Made by a program: the position numbers and the translations under genes. From Bacteroidota bacterium (lineage in GTDB: Bacteria > Bacteroidota > Bacteroidia > 2-12-FULL-35-15), in the NCBI GenBank assembly GCA_947476185.1, contig CANJPX010000011.1, positions 1,491 to 65,490 on the forward strand: 64,000 nt of DNA, given 5' to 3'. The stretch's first letter is position 1. Every line of letters starts with the position of its first letter. This document shows positions 50,048 to 59,098 of this stretch, in pieces. The notes beneath the pieces are model-generated. The model worked only from the letters and a program-made list of their open reading frames with translations, was not told the DNA's origin and made no database searches.

Positions 50048-50809
50048 ATGGAGTTGAAAGAAAAAATAAACCTTGAAAAATTGCCACAGCACATTGCTAT
50101 CATTATGGATGGCAACGGAAGGTGGGCAAAGCAACATGGTGAGCCACGCATCTTTGGTCACGAAAATGGCGTAAGATCAGTTCGAGAGGTTGTTGAGGCT
50201 GCCGCAGAACTTGGTGTAAAATACCTTACGCTTTATGCTTTTTCTACTGAAAATTGGAATCGCCCGCAAGAAGAGGTTATTGCATTGATGCAACTTTTGG
50301 TACATACTATTTCTGCTGAAACAAAAACCTTGAATGAAAATAAGATCCGCCTTCAAGCGATAGGAAATTTAAACAGCCTTCCGGAAGACTGTTTCAACGA
50401 ATTACATGATGCCATCGAGAAAACGAAGAATAATGAACGCACAACATTAGTGCTGGCATTAAGTTATAGCTCCCGTTGGGAAATTACAAATGCGATAACA
50501 AATATCGCGAAACAAATAGAAGACAAAACACTTACCTCCTCAGAAATTACCGAGGATATAGTTAATGCTAATTTGTGTACTGCCGGGATCCCTGAACCAG
50601 AACTAATGATCCGCACAAGCGGGGAACACCGAATCAGCAATTTTTTATTATGGCAGTTAGCCTATTCGGAGCTTTATTTTACGGAAAAGTTATGGCCCGA
50701 TTTCAGAAAAAATGATTTTTATGAGGCAATATTGGATTACCAAAACCGTGAACGCAGATTCGGGAAAACAAGTGAACAGTTAAATCAAAATAATATGGCA
50801 GGTCAATAA
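50048..50809 (+). CDS. uppS: Undecaprenyl diphosphate synthase
   Basis: HIAIIMDGNGRWA, YAFSTENW.RP, IRTSGE.RISNFLLWQ, RERRFG. Confidence 0.96.
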   Translation: MELKEKINLEKLPQHIAIIMDGNGRWAKQHGEPRIFGHENGVRSVREVVEAAAELGVKYLTLYAFSTENWNRPQEEVIALMQLLVHTISAETKTLNENKIRLQAIGNLNSLPEDCFNELHDAIEKTKNNERTTLVLALSYSSRWEITNAITNIAKQIEDKTLTSSEITEDIVNANLCTAGIPEPELMIRTSGEHRISNFLLWQLAYSELYFTEKLWPDFRKNDFYEAILDYQNRERRFGKTSEQLNQNNMAGQ

Positions 50810-50855
50810 TCTGTGTTTAACAAACAGTCTGAAAAACTGTTATACAAAATATAAT

Positions 50856-53414
50856 ATGTACAAAAAAATTAGAATTCTTTTCTTCCTTTCAATAGCTGCT
50901 TTTTCTGTGAATGCTCAGGAAGTAGTCAAACTTGGTGGCGATTCCGCAGATATTGATTTTTCCGTTCCAAGAGAATATAAAGTTGGTGGCGTAATTGTTA
51001 AAGGAGCCGAACACCTGGATCAAGGCGTACTGGTTCTCCTTTCAGGATTAGCGAAAGATGAGAAAGTGCAGGTACCCGGAGAAAAATTTTCTACAGCTAT
51101 TTCCAACCTTTGGAAACAGGGCTTATTTGAAGATGTGAAAATTACTGGAAGAGTACAAGGAGAAAATATTTTTGTAACGATAACGGTTGTTGAGCGCCCC
51201 CGCCTAAATAAATTTTCTTTAAAGGGAATGACAAAGAGTGACGCAGATGACCTTCGTGAAAAAATAAAATTATACAAAGGAGTTGTTGTGACAGATAGGT
51301 TAGTTGCTGCCACCTCCCAAAAAATAAAAGATTTTTTTATTACAAAAGGGTATATGGATGTGAAGGTGGAAATCAAACAAGAAAAAGTTGAAAAAGCTGA
51401 CAACCAGGTTATTCTTGCTATCAATGTCGATAAGGGTAGCCTGATCCGCATTAAGGATATCAATCTTGTAGGAACCGGCAGCATTAAAATGTGGAAGCTG
51501 CGCAGAACTTTTGATGAAACAAAACGCAGATTCTGGTGGAATCCTTTCAACTCAGGAAAATTTGATGAGGATAATTATGAAAAAGATAAAAAAGCTTTGA
51601 TCGCCAAATACAATGAAAAGGGATTCAGAGATGCGAAAATCTCAAAAGATTCGATCTACAGAACACCGGGATTTAAGAAGCGGATCAGCATTGATATTGT
51701 CATTTCAGAAGGTAATAAATATTATTTCCGTAACGTAAATTGGGTAGGAAACAGCAAGTACACCGCTAAAACATTAGCTGATGTTTTTGGAATTAAAAAA
51801 GGTGATGCTTATGATCAGGCAGAGTTAGATCAGAAATTATTCATGAATCCAAATGGAAACGATATCAGCTCACTTTACATGGATGAAGGGTATTTGTTTT
51901 TCAATGTTAGCCCTGTTGAAACAATGGTTTCAGGAGATTCAATTGACATTGAAATGCGAATTTATGAGGGAAAACAAGCTACGATCAATAAGATCAGCAT
52001 TGTTGGAAACACAAAAACGAATGACCATGTTATCTTGCGTGAGATTAGAACGAAGCCGGGGCAACTGTTTCGCAGATCCGATGTCATACGTTCACAACGG
52101 GAACTTTCGCAATTAGGATATTTTGATCCTGAGAAAATGAATGTGACACCAACTCCAAATCAAGCTACAGGAACGGTAGACATCGAATATACTGTAGAAG
52201 AAAAACCATCAGACCAAATCGAATTATCAGGTGGATATGGGGGAGGACGCGTTGTTGGTACATTAGGTGTGTCGTTCAACAATTTTTCCGGAAGGAATTT
52301 TTTCAAAAAATCTGCATGGCGACCATTGCCATCAGGTGACGGACAGCGCTTAAGCGTGCGTGCTCAATCAAATGGATTGTATTTTCAATCCTATAATATT
52401 TCATTTACAGAGCCTTGGCTAGGAGGGAAAAAACCAAACTCTTTAAGTGTTACCGCATATTACTCCGTTCAAACAAACGGACAAAAGAAAACGATCACCA
52501 GCAATGGCGAAAAAATTGAAAACCCCTTGCGTCAATCACTTGATATTTTTGGTGTTTCACTTGGTTTAGGTAAACGATTGAAACGCCCTGATGATTATTT
52601 CACTTTATATCAGGAGTTAAATTATCAATATTATACTTTAAATAACTTTAACTCTATCTTCTCTTTCAGCAAAGGTTATTCAAATAACATTTATTATAAG
52701 GCAACGATCCAGCGGAACAACATCGACAAACCAATCTTTGAAACACGCGGTTCTCAAGTATCTTTAACAGGGCAATGGACTCCTCCATATTCATTGTTCG
52801 ATAATAAGGATTATGCTAGTTCAGCAATGACAGACCAAGAGCGCTATAAATTCGTAGAATATCATAAATATAAATTCACAACTGCTTTTTACACCCCTAT
52901 TACCAACAAGCGAGGAGAAGATGGAAAAGAGGCACGCAATTTGATTCTTAAAACGTCAGCAGGATTTGGGTTTCTGACTTCATACAATACCAAAGTTGGA
53001 ATTTCTCCTTTTGAACGCTTTTATTTAGGAGGTAGCGGTTTAACCGGATTTGCATTGGATGGAAGAGAAATTATTGCATTAAGAGGATATGACGATCAAT
53101 CGTTATCACCAAGAACAGGTGCCGCATTCATTACAAAATATTCGGCAGAATTAAGATTCCCGGTGACCTTAAATCCGCAGGCAACAATTTATGTACTTGG
53201 ATTTGCCGAAGCAGGTAATTCTTGGGAAAAGGCAAAACAATTTAACCCGTTTAATGTATACCGATCTGCAGGAGTTGGTATTAGGGTATTTTTACCAATG
53301 TTCGGATTGTTAGGATTTGACTATGGCTGGAGATTGGATGATGTTCCTTCAAATTTAGGAATGCAAAAAGGTCAATTTCACTTCACCATCGGAGCGTCTA
53401 TTGGAGAATTATAA
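50856..53414 (+). CDS. bamA: Outer membrane protein assembly factor BamA
   Basis: POTRA repeats, GNTKTNDHVILRE, ERFYLGG, LRGY, C-terminal barrel strands. Confidence 0.95.
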   Translation: MYKKIRILFFLSIAAFSVNAQEVVKLGGDSADIDFSVPREYKVGGVIVKGAEHLDQGVLVLLSGLAKDEKVQVPGEKFSTAISNLWKQGLFEDVKITGRVQGENIFVTITVVERPRLNKFSLKGMTKSDADDLREKIKLYKGVVVTDRLVAATSQKIKDFFITKGYMDVKVEIKQEKVEKADNQVILAINVDKGSLIRIKDINLVGTGSIKMWKLRRTFDETKRRFWWNPFNSGKFDEDNYEKDKKALIAKYNEKGFRDAKISKDSIYRTPGFKKRISIDIVISEGNKYYFRNVNWVGNSKYTAKTLADVFGIKKGDAYDQAELDQKLFMNPNGNDISSLYMDEGYLFFNVSPVETMVSGDSIDIEMRIYEGKQATINKISIVGNTKTNDHVILREIRTKPGQLFRRSDVIRSQRELSQLGYFDPEKMNVTPTPNQATGTVDIEYTVEEKPSDQIELSGGYGGGRVVGTLGVSFNNFSGRNFFKKSAWRPLPSGDGQRLSVRAQSNGLYFQSYNISFTEPWLGGKKPNSLSVTAYYSVQTNGQKKTITSNGEKIENPLRQSLDIFGVSLGLGKRLKRPDDYFTLYQELNYQYYTLNNFNSIFSFSKGYSNNIYYKATIQRNNIDKPIFETRGSQVSLTGQWTPPYSLFDNKDYASSAMTDQERYKFVEYHKYKFTTAFYTPITNKRGEDGKEARNLILKTSAGFGFLTSYNTKVGISPFERFYLGGSGLTGFALDGREIIALRGYDDQSLSPRTGAAFITKYSAELRFPVTLNPQATIYVLGFAEAGNSWEKAKQFNPFNVYRSAGVGIRVFLPMFGLLGFDYGWRLDDVPSNLGMQKGQFHFTIGASIGEL

Positions 53415-53512
53415 TAAATTACTAAATTCGCACCGTCATTAGGGCAAATTTTGATCATAAATAAATGAAATTGAAATGCGAAGCATTCATAAATATCAAA
53501 AACCTAGAAAGC

Positions 53513-54076
53513 ATGATTAGAAAACTAATTTTATCGCTAAGCATTGTACTTGTAACAAGTATTGCTTCATTCGGACAAAAATTCGCTTACGTTGATACGG
53601 AATATATTTTAGGGCAAATACCCGAATACAAGGCCGCTCAAGCTGAATTGGATAAAACATCCATTCAATGGCAAAAAGAAATTGAAGCAAAGTATGCAGA
53701 AATTGATAAAATGTATAAAGCATATCAGGCAGAACAAATTTTGCTGACAGAGGATATGAAAAAGAAACGTGAGGCGGATATTGTTGCAAAAGAAAAAGAT
53801 GCAAAAGACCTTCAAAAACAACGCTTTGGAGTAGATGGCGAATTATTCAAAAAACGTCAAGAATTAGTTAAGCCTATTCAAGATAAAGTATTTAATGCGG
53901 TTAAAGCTGTTGCCGAAAAAGGAGCTTATTCAATTATTTTCGACAAAACAAGCGACATTACAATGTTATATGCAAGTTCAAAATTAGACAAGAGTGATGA
54001 TGTTTTAGCTCAATTGGGATATAAAGCAGGCGGCGGAACTAAAACAGGATCAGGAACAACAAAAAAACAAAACTAA
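53513..54076 (+). CDS. skp: OmpH/Skp periplasmic chaperone
   Basis: QKFAYVDTEYIL, coiled coil, IIFDK, D.SDDVL; start placed at ATG 53513. Confidence 0.9.
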   Translation: MIRKLILSLSIVLVTSIASFGQKFAYVDTEYILGQIPEYKAAQAELDKTSIQWQKEIEAKYAEIDKMYKAYQAEQILLTEDMKKKREADIVAKEKDAKDLQKQRFGVDGELFKKRQELVKPIQDKVFNAVKAVAEKGAYSIIFDKTSDITMLYASSKLDKSDDVLAQLGYKAGGGTKTGSGTTKKQN

Positions 54077-54123
54077 TTCCAAAATAAATTAAAAAATAAA
54101 TTAAAAACCAAAAATCAAATACT

Positions 54124-54672
54124 ATGAAGAATATTTTTAAAATAGCAGTTGTAGGAGTAGCACTAGTAATTTGCTCGTTTACTGCAACAGCGCAAAAAAT
54201 TGCTCACGTAAATTTAGATTCATTAATTACTTTAATGCCTGAATCTAAAGTAGCACAACAATCTGTTCAGGATTATGCAAAACAATTGGAAATGCAAGTG
54301 ACTGCAATGCAAACAGAACTGCAGACCAAATATGAGGCATTTCAAAAGGATTCTCCGAATATGGCTCCTATCGTAAAGGATTCTAAAGAAAAAGAGTTAA
54401 ACGATCTTAACCAACGTATCACTGATTTTCAACAACAAGCTCAAGCTGATTACCAAAAGAAAAGTACAGAGCTTTCTAAACCGGTATACGAAAAAGCTAA
54501 AAAAGCAATTGACCAAGTTGCAAAAGATAACGGGTATAAATATGTGTTAGATACAAGTACAGGATTAGTTTTATATAGCGAGCCAACGGATGATATCATC
54601 GGATTGGTGATCAAAAAATTAGGAATAACTATTCCTCCTGCTTCTACTACAATAGCACCTCCAAAGAAATAA
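54124..54672 (+). CDS. skp: OmpH/Skp periplasmic chaperone (second copy)
   Basis: QKIAHVN...MPE, AI..VAK..GY.YVLD. Confidence 0.88.
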   Translation: MKNIFKIAVVGVALVICSFTATAQKIAHVNLDSLITLMPESKVAQQSVQDYAKQLEMQVTAMQTELQTKYEAFQKDSPNMAPIVKDSKEKELNDLNQRITDFQQQAQADYQKKSTELSKPVYEKAKKAIDQVAKDNGYKYVLDTSTGLVLYSEPTDDIIGLVIKKLGITIPPASTTIAPPKK

Positions 54673-54697
54673 CATATTATTTTACATTACACTTTCT

Positions 54698-54728
54698 AAA
54701 GCCCCATGGTATTTATCACGGGGCTTTT
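54698..54728 (+). terminator. Intrinsic terminator
   Basis: AAAGCCCC...GGGGCTTTT; followed by TATATTTG (-7 element, 54733-54740) upstream of murI. Confidence 0.7.
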
Positions 54729-54759
54729 ATTGTATATTTGAATCATAATCAATTCTAAA

Positions 54760-55584
54760 TTGAGCACAAAAAAACCTATAGGCGTATTTGATTCCGGATT
54801 TGGGGGCTTAACTATTTTAAAAGAAATTGTTAAGCAATTGCCTGAATACGACTATTTATACTTAGGTGATAACGCCCGTGCACCTTATGGCACCAGATCC
54901 TTTGAAACAGTTTATGAATACACGCTGGAATGTGTCAAGCAACTGTTTTCAATGAATTGTGAACTGGTAATATTGGCATGTAATACCGCTTCGGCAAAAG
55001 CATTGCGCAACATTCAACAGATCGATCTACCGTTAATTGCCCCTGATAAAAGAGTCTTGGGAGTAATTCGCCCGACAACCGAAGTAGTTGGAAAACATAG
55101 CAAAACAGGACATGTTGGAGTTTTAGGAACAACCGGCACGATCACGTCTAACTCGTATCCAATTGAGATCGCTAAATTTTATCCGAATTTAATTGTTCAT
55201 CAGGAAGCTTGTCCGATGTGGGTACCTATTGTAGAAAATAATGAAATTGAAAGTGAAGCAGCAGATATTTTTATCGAAAAAAATTTGAATCACTTACTTT
55301 CGAAAGACAAGAACATCGATACTATTATTTTAGGTTGTACACACTATCCCTTATTAATTAATAAGATCAGGAAACATCTGCCGGCAAACATTAAATTATT
55401 ATCGCAAGGTGAAATTGTTGCTGATGGCTTAGTCGATTATTTAAAGCGGCATCCTGAAATGGAACAAAAATGCAGCAAAGGAAAAACGATTGAATTTTAT
55501 ACCACCGACTCACCTGAGAATTTTGATAAAGCAGCCAGTATGTTTTATGGGAAAGCAATAAGATCAAACCATTTGGAGTTATGA
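54760..55584 (+). CDS. murI: Glutamate racemase
   Basis: IGVFDSG.GGLT, PYG, ACNTAS, LGCTHYP; TTG start. Confidence 0.96.
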   Translation: MSTKKPIGVFDSGFGGLTILKEIVKQLPEYDYLYLGDNARAPYGTRSFETVYEYTLECVKQLFSMNCELVILACNTASAKALRNIQQIDLPLIAPDKRVLGVIRPTTEVVGKHSKTGHVGVLGTTGTITSNSYPIEIAKFYPNLIVHQEACPMWVPIVENNEIESEAADIFIEKNLNHLLSKDKNIDTIILGCTHYPLLINKIRKHLPANIKLLSQGEIVADGLVDYLKRHPEMEQKCSKGKTIEFYTTDSPENFDKAASMFYGKAIRSNHLEL

Positions 55585-55645
55585 CTAGTAATGAGATGAT
55601 TTCACCTCAGCAATTACCCCCTTTTTCATTTCCAATTAAAAAAGA

Positions 55646-56167
55646 TTACGCTTCGTCCTTGAACCAACTACTATACATGATGTAATTATCCGCAATGCGA
55701 TTAATTTCACCTTTAATTAATTCCTGATTTATTTCTTTCACTTTCTTTGCAGGAACTCCAGCATAGATCACTCCTGGTTCAACTTTTGTATTTTCAAGAA
55801 CTACGGCTCCTGCTGCGATGATCGTGTTACTTCCTATCTCGCAATTATCCATAACAATGGCGCCCATCCCGATCAAAACATTATCATGGATAGTACAACC
55901 GTGTACCAGAGCATTGTGACCAATCGAAACATTATTTCCAATATTCACTTTAGTTTTTTCATACGTACAATGTATCACTGCTCCATCCTGAACGTTGACC
56001 TTATTGCCCATCCGAATCGAATTTACATCACCACGCACAACAGCGTTGAACCAAATACTGCATTGGTCACCCATTATTACATCTCCTACTACAGTTGAAT
56101 TTTCTGCAAGATAGCAATCGTTTCCAAATTTCGGATGGATACCTTTGACCGGTTTTATTAATGCCAT
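55646..56167 (-). CDS. Gamma carbonic anhydrase-like hexapeptide-repeat protein (YrdA-like)
   Basis: VVRGDVN.I..G...NVQDG.VIH, IGH...HGC, GVPAK; start placed at ATG 56167. Confidence 0.9.
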   Translation of the reverse strand: MALIKPVKGIHPKFGNDCYLAENSTVVGDVIMGDQCSIWFNAVVRGDVNSIRMGNKVNVQDGAVIHCTYEKTKVNIGNNVSIGHNALVHGCTIHDNVLIGMGAIVMDNCEIGSNTIIAAGAVVLENTKVEPGVIYAGVPAKKVKEINQELIKGEINRIADNYIMYSSWFKDEA

Positions 56168-56255
56168 TGTAACTATTTTAGTCACTCTCCGCCTGGAAAG
56201 TTCAAATTAAATTTATTTTAGTGAAAAGCTTAAGAGCGATAGCCCGAATAGAAAA

Positions 56256-56630
56256 TTACTTTTTTTCCATTTCGGCATTCTCTTTTTTGCAACAACCGGC
56301 TAATTTGTCATAGGCCTTTGGATCTGCTTTCACCTCATCAGCATCGTATCCGCTTTTTGAAACTGCCAAACGGATCTTTTCAGGAGTTGTTTTTTTAGGA
56401 TCATAATTCACAGTAAGAATTTTAGTATCAACATCCAGACTTGATTTACTTATCCCCTTTTCGGTAGCGAGGTGTTTCTCTATTGTCTTTTTACACATCG
56501 TGCAAATAGAAGAAGTTTTGATCTTTAATTCGGCAGAAGACGCATTTTGTGCAGTAACTGAATTAGTAAATAATACCAACACGACAATTGCACCGGCAAA
56601 TAAAATTTTTTTTAGATTTTTCATGATCAT
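56256..56630 (-). CDS. Exported heavy-metal-associated (HMA/MerP-like) protein
   Basis: Signal peptide; CTMCK..IE, GYD, C-terminal L.GCCK. Confidence 0.85.
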   Translation of the reverse strand: MIMKNLKKILFAGAIVVLVLFTNSVTAQNASSAELKIKTSSICTMCKKTIEKHLATEKGISKSSLDVDTKILTVNYDPKKTTPEKIRLAVSKSGYDADEVKADPKAYDKLAGCCKKENAEMEKK

Positions 56631-56987
56631 TGTTTTTATTTATTAATAGATGATTCTTTTTGTAAATTTCTTATTCTCCTTAGTGATAAATTTTCTTCAT
56701 TAAAACAGCCAGTTATGCAAAGCGAAAATAGTTCTAAAAGGTTTTTTTATGCTAATTATCAAATCCATTTATTTTTGCCTCAGATCAATTTCAGCAGCTA
56801 AATGTATTCAAAAAAAATTGTTTTTTCCGAAGAAAAGGAGTGTTTAATTACGAATATCCGTTTAGTCATCTTCTCAAATTTATCACACAACAATTTACAT
56901 ATAACAAAAACAACAGCACCTTTCGAACGAATTTCGCTTTCCAAAACTTATGGCAGTCAAAATAAATCCCCCATCAGAATAAAATTT

Positions 56988-56995
56988 TACCTTTG
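56988..56995 (+). promoter_or_regulatory. -7 promoter element
   Basis: TACCTTTG (TAnnTTTG) 21 nt upstream of the ATG at 57017. Confidence 0.6.
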
Positions 56996-57016
56996 CACCT
57001 CAAATAAAAATATCTT

Positions 57017-58174
57017 ATGGCAGAAACATCAAAATTCGGTTTTGGAACCAAAGCAATACATGCTGGTCAGGAGCCCGATCCTACAACAGGAGCTATTATG
57101 ACTCCTATCTATCAAACTTCAACCTATACCCAGGAAAGTCCGGGTAATCATAAAGGTTATGCTTATGCCCGTGGTAAAAATCCTACACGTAATGCATTGG
57201 AAAAATGTCTGGCGGAATTAGAAGGAGCTAAATATGCTTTATGTTTTTCTAGCGGTATGGGCGCAATTGATGCGGTTGCAAAATTACTCCGTCCAGGAGA
57301 TGAATTGATCACCGGAGATGATCTTTATGGAGGAACATATAGAATGTTCACCAAAGTATTTGCAAACTTTGGTATCAAATTCCATTTCATCGATATGAAA
57401 GATGCTAATAACATCAAAAATTATATCAATGCAAATACTAAAATGGTATGGCTGGAAACACCCACAAACCCAACCATGCAGATTATTGATATCGCAGCGT
57501 GTGCCAAGATTGCAAAAGAAAATAAATTGATATGTGCAGTTGATAATACATTTGCTTCACCTTATTTACAAAACCCCTTGGCATTGGGTGCTGATATTGT
57601 AATGCATTCGGTTACAAAATATTTAGGCGGACACAGTGATGTGATAATGGGTGCCTTATGTTTAAGTGATGAAAACTTATATACCCAGCTTGCATTTATC
57701 CATAACAGCTGTGGAGCAACTCCCGGACCAATGGACAGCTTCCTTGTATTACGTGGTATCAAAACGCTACACATACGTATGGAGCGTCATTGTTATAATG
57801 GACGGAAGGTTGCAGAATTTTTAAAAACACATCCAAAAATAGATAAATTGTATTGGCCAGGCTTTCCTGATAGCCCTAACCACGACATTGCGAAAAAACA
57901 AATGCGCGATTTTGGTGGGATGATCTCATTTTCTTTGAAAGGAAATAAACAAGAAGACGCATTCAAAATTGCTTCCAGCATGAAGGTTTTTTCCTTGGCA
58001 GAATCATTAGGAGGCGTTGAATCCTTGATCAACCATCCAGCAACAATGACACATGCTTCTATACCAAAAGAAGATCGTGATAAAGCGGGTGTTGTAGAAT
58101 CACTCTTACGGTTAAGTGTAGGAATTGAAGATATCGATGACCTGATCGCTGACCTGAAACAAGCATTGGCATAA
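57017..58174 (+). CDS. Cystathionine gamma-synthase/lyase (Cys/Met PLP enzyme)
   Basis: PIYQTSTY, Y.R..NPTR, SSGM, ETPTNP, DNTFASP, HSVTKYLGGHSD, AESLGGVESL, RLSVGIE. Confidence 0.93.
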   Translation: MAETSKFGFGTKAIHAGQEPDPTTGAIMTPIYQTSTYTQESPGNHKGYAYARGKNPTRNALEKCLAELEGAKYALCFSSGMGAIDAVAKLLRPGDELITGDDLYGGTYRMFTKVFANFGIKFHFIDMKDANNIKNYINANTKMVWLETPTNPTMQIIDIAACAKIAKENKLICAVDNTFASPYLQNPLALGADIVMHSVTKYLGGHSDVIMGALCLSDENLYTQLAFIHNSCGATPGPMDSFLVLRGIKTLHIRMERHCYNGRKVAEFLKTHPKIDKLYWPGFPDSPNHDIAKKQMRDFGGMISFSLKGNKQEDAFKIASSMKVFSLAESLGGVESLINHPATMTHASIPKEDRDKAGVVESLLRLSVGIEDIDDLIADLKQALA

Positions 58175-58183
58175 TAGAGCGTC

Positions 58184-58206
58184 GTCATATTGAGCTTGTC
58201 GAAATA
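58184..58206 (+). repeat. GTCA-type REP-like short element
   Basis: GTCA-TAT-TGAGC-TTGT-CGAA-ATA, 10 nt after a stop codon; single copy in this window. Confidence 0.5.
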
Positions 58207-58230
58207 GCTGCGAAGGATTTCTGATATTAT

Positions 58231-58265
58231 AAAAAGCAAGAGCTTAAAAAGCCCTTGCTTTTTTT
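58231..58265 (+). terminator. Intrinsic terminator
   Basis: AAAAAGCAAGAGCT / AGCCCTTGCTTTTTTT. Confidence 0.7.
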
Positions 58266-58285
58266 CTTTTATATGATTATCTTTA

Positions 58286-59050
58286 TTGAACTTAAAAGAA
58301 AACACGTTGAACTATTATTACATTACAGGCACAAGCAGAGGAATTGGTAAAGCATTTGCAATGCACTTATTAGAAAATCCAACCAATTTTGTGATTGGGA
58401 TTTCCCGCAACAGAAGCATCGAGCATCCGAATTACAGACATTCCTATTTGGATCTTACCGATGTAAATGCATTGGTCGAATTCAAATTTGACTTACACGC
58501 AAAGGCAAAAAAAATATATCTGATCAACAATGCAGGAGTTTTGGGTTTTATTAAACCTGTGGGCAAATTAGATGCTTCAACCATTGCAAAGAATTATACT
58601 GTGAATTTAATTGCGCCTTCTATACTTACAAATGAATTTATTAACTGTTACGATTCAACGGATGCAGAAAAGGTAATTTTAAACATCAGTTCGGGTGCAG
58701 GAAAGAATCCTATAGATGGTTGGGCTGTTTATTGTGCCTCAAAAGCAGGATTAGATATGTTCAGCCGTGTTGTAGATTCAGAACAAAAAATACGGGCAAA
58801 AACTCCCTTAGAGAGTATTCACAAAGGGTTTCACATTTTTTCTATAGCACCAGGAGTGGTCAACACAAACATGCAGGAAGAGATAAGAGCTGCCCACAAA
58901 GAAGACTTCAGCAGGTTAGAAGATTTTATAGGTTATAAGGTCAATAATCAGTTGTCGGAGCCGCAATTAGTATCCAAAAAATATATCAATATCTTGGCTA
59001 ATATATATAGCATCAAAGAGGTGCTGTCTTCTATAAAAGATTACGAATAA
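58286..59050 (+). CDS. Short-chain dehydrogenase/reductase (benzil/sepiapterin reductase-like)
   Basis: TGTSRGIG, INNAG, NISSGA, YCASK, PGVV.T.MQ; TTG start. Confidence 0.9.
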   Translation: MNLKENTLNYYYITGTSRGIGKAFAMHLLENPTNFVIGISRNRSIEHPNYRHSYLDLTDVNALVEFKFDLHAKAKKIYLINNAGVLGFIKPVGKLDASTIAKNYTVNLIAPSILTNEFINCYDSTDAEKVILNISSGAGKNPIDGWAVYCASKAGLDMFSRVVDSEQKIRAKTPLESIHKGFHIFSIAPGVVNTNMQEEIRAAHKEDFSRLEDFIGYKVNNQLSEPQLVSKKYINILANIYSIKEVLSSIKDYE

Positions 59051-59098
59051 TAAAAACCTATCTCTAAACTATTATATTTAATAATTAATTTTTTCAAA

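Noticed and set aside
56802-57101. 99-aa ORF in the HMA / transsulfuration intergenic region
   Set aside because: It overlaps the promoter and start of the downstream gene in another frame and has no motif support.
58802-58816. ACTCCCTTAGAGAGT in the SDR gene as a decayed hairpin copy
   Set aside because: Too short and degenerate, with no conserved tail; cannot be told apart from chance.
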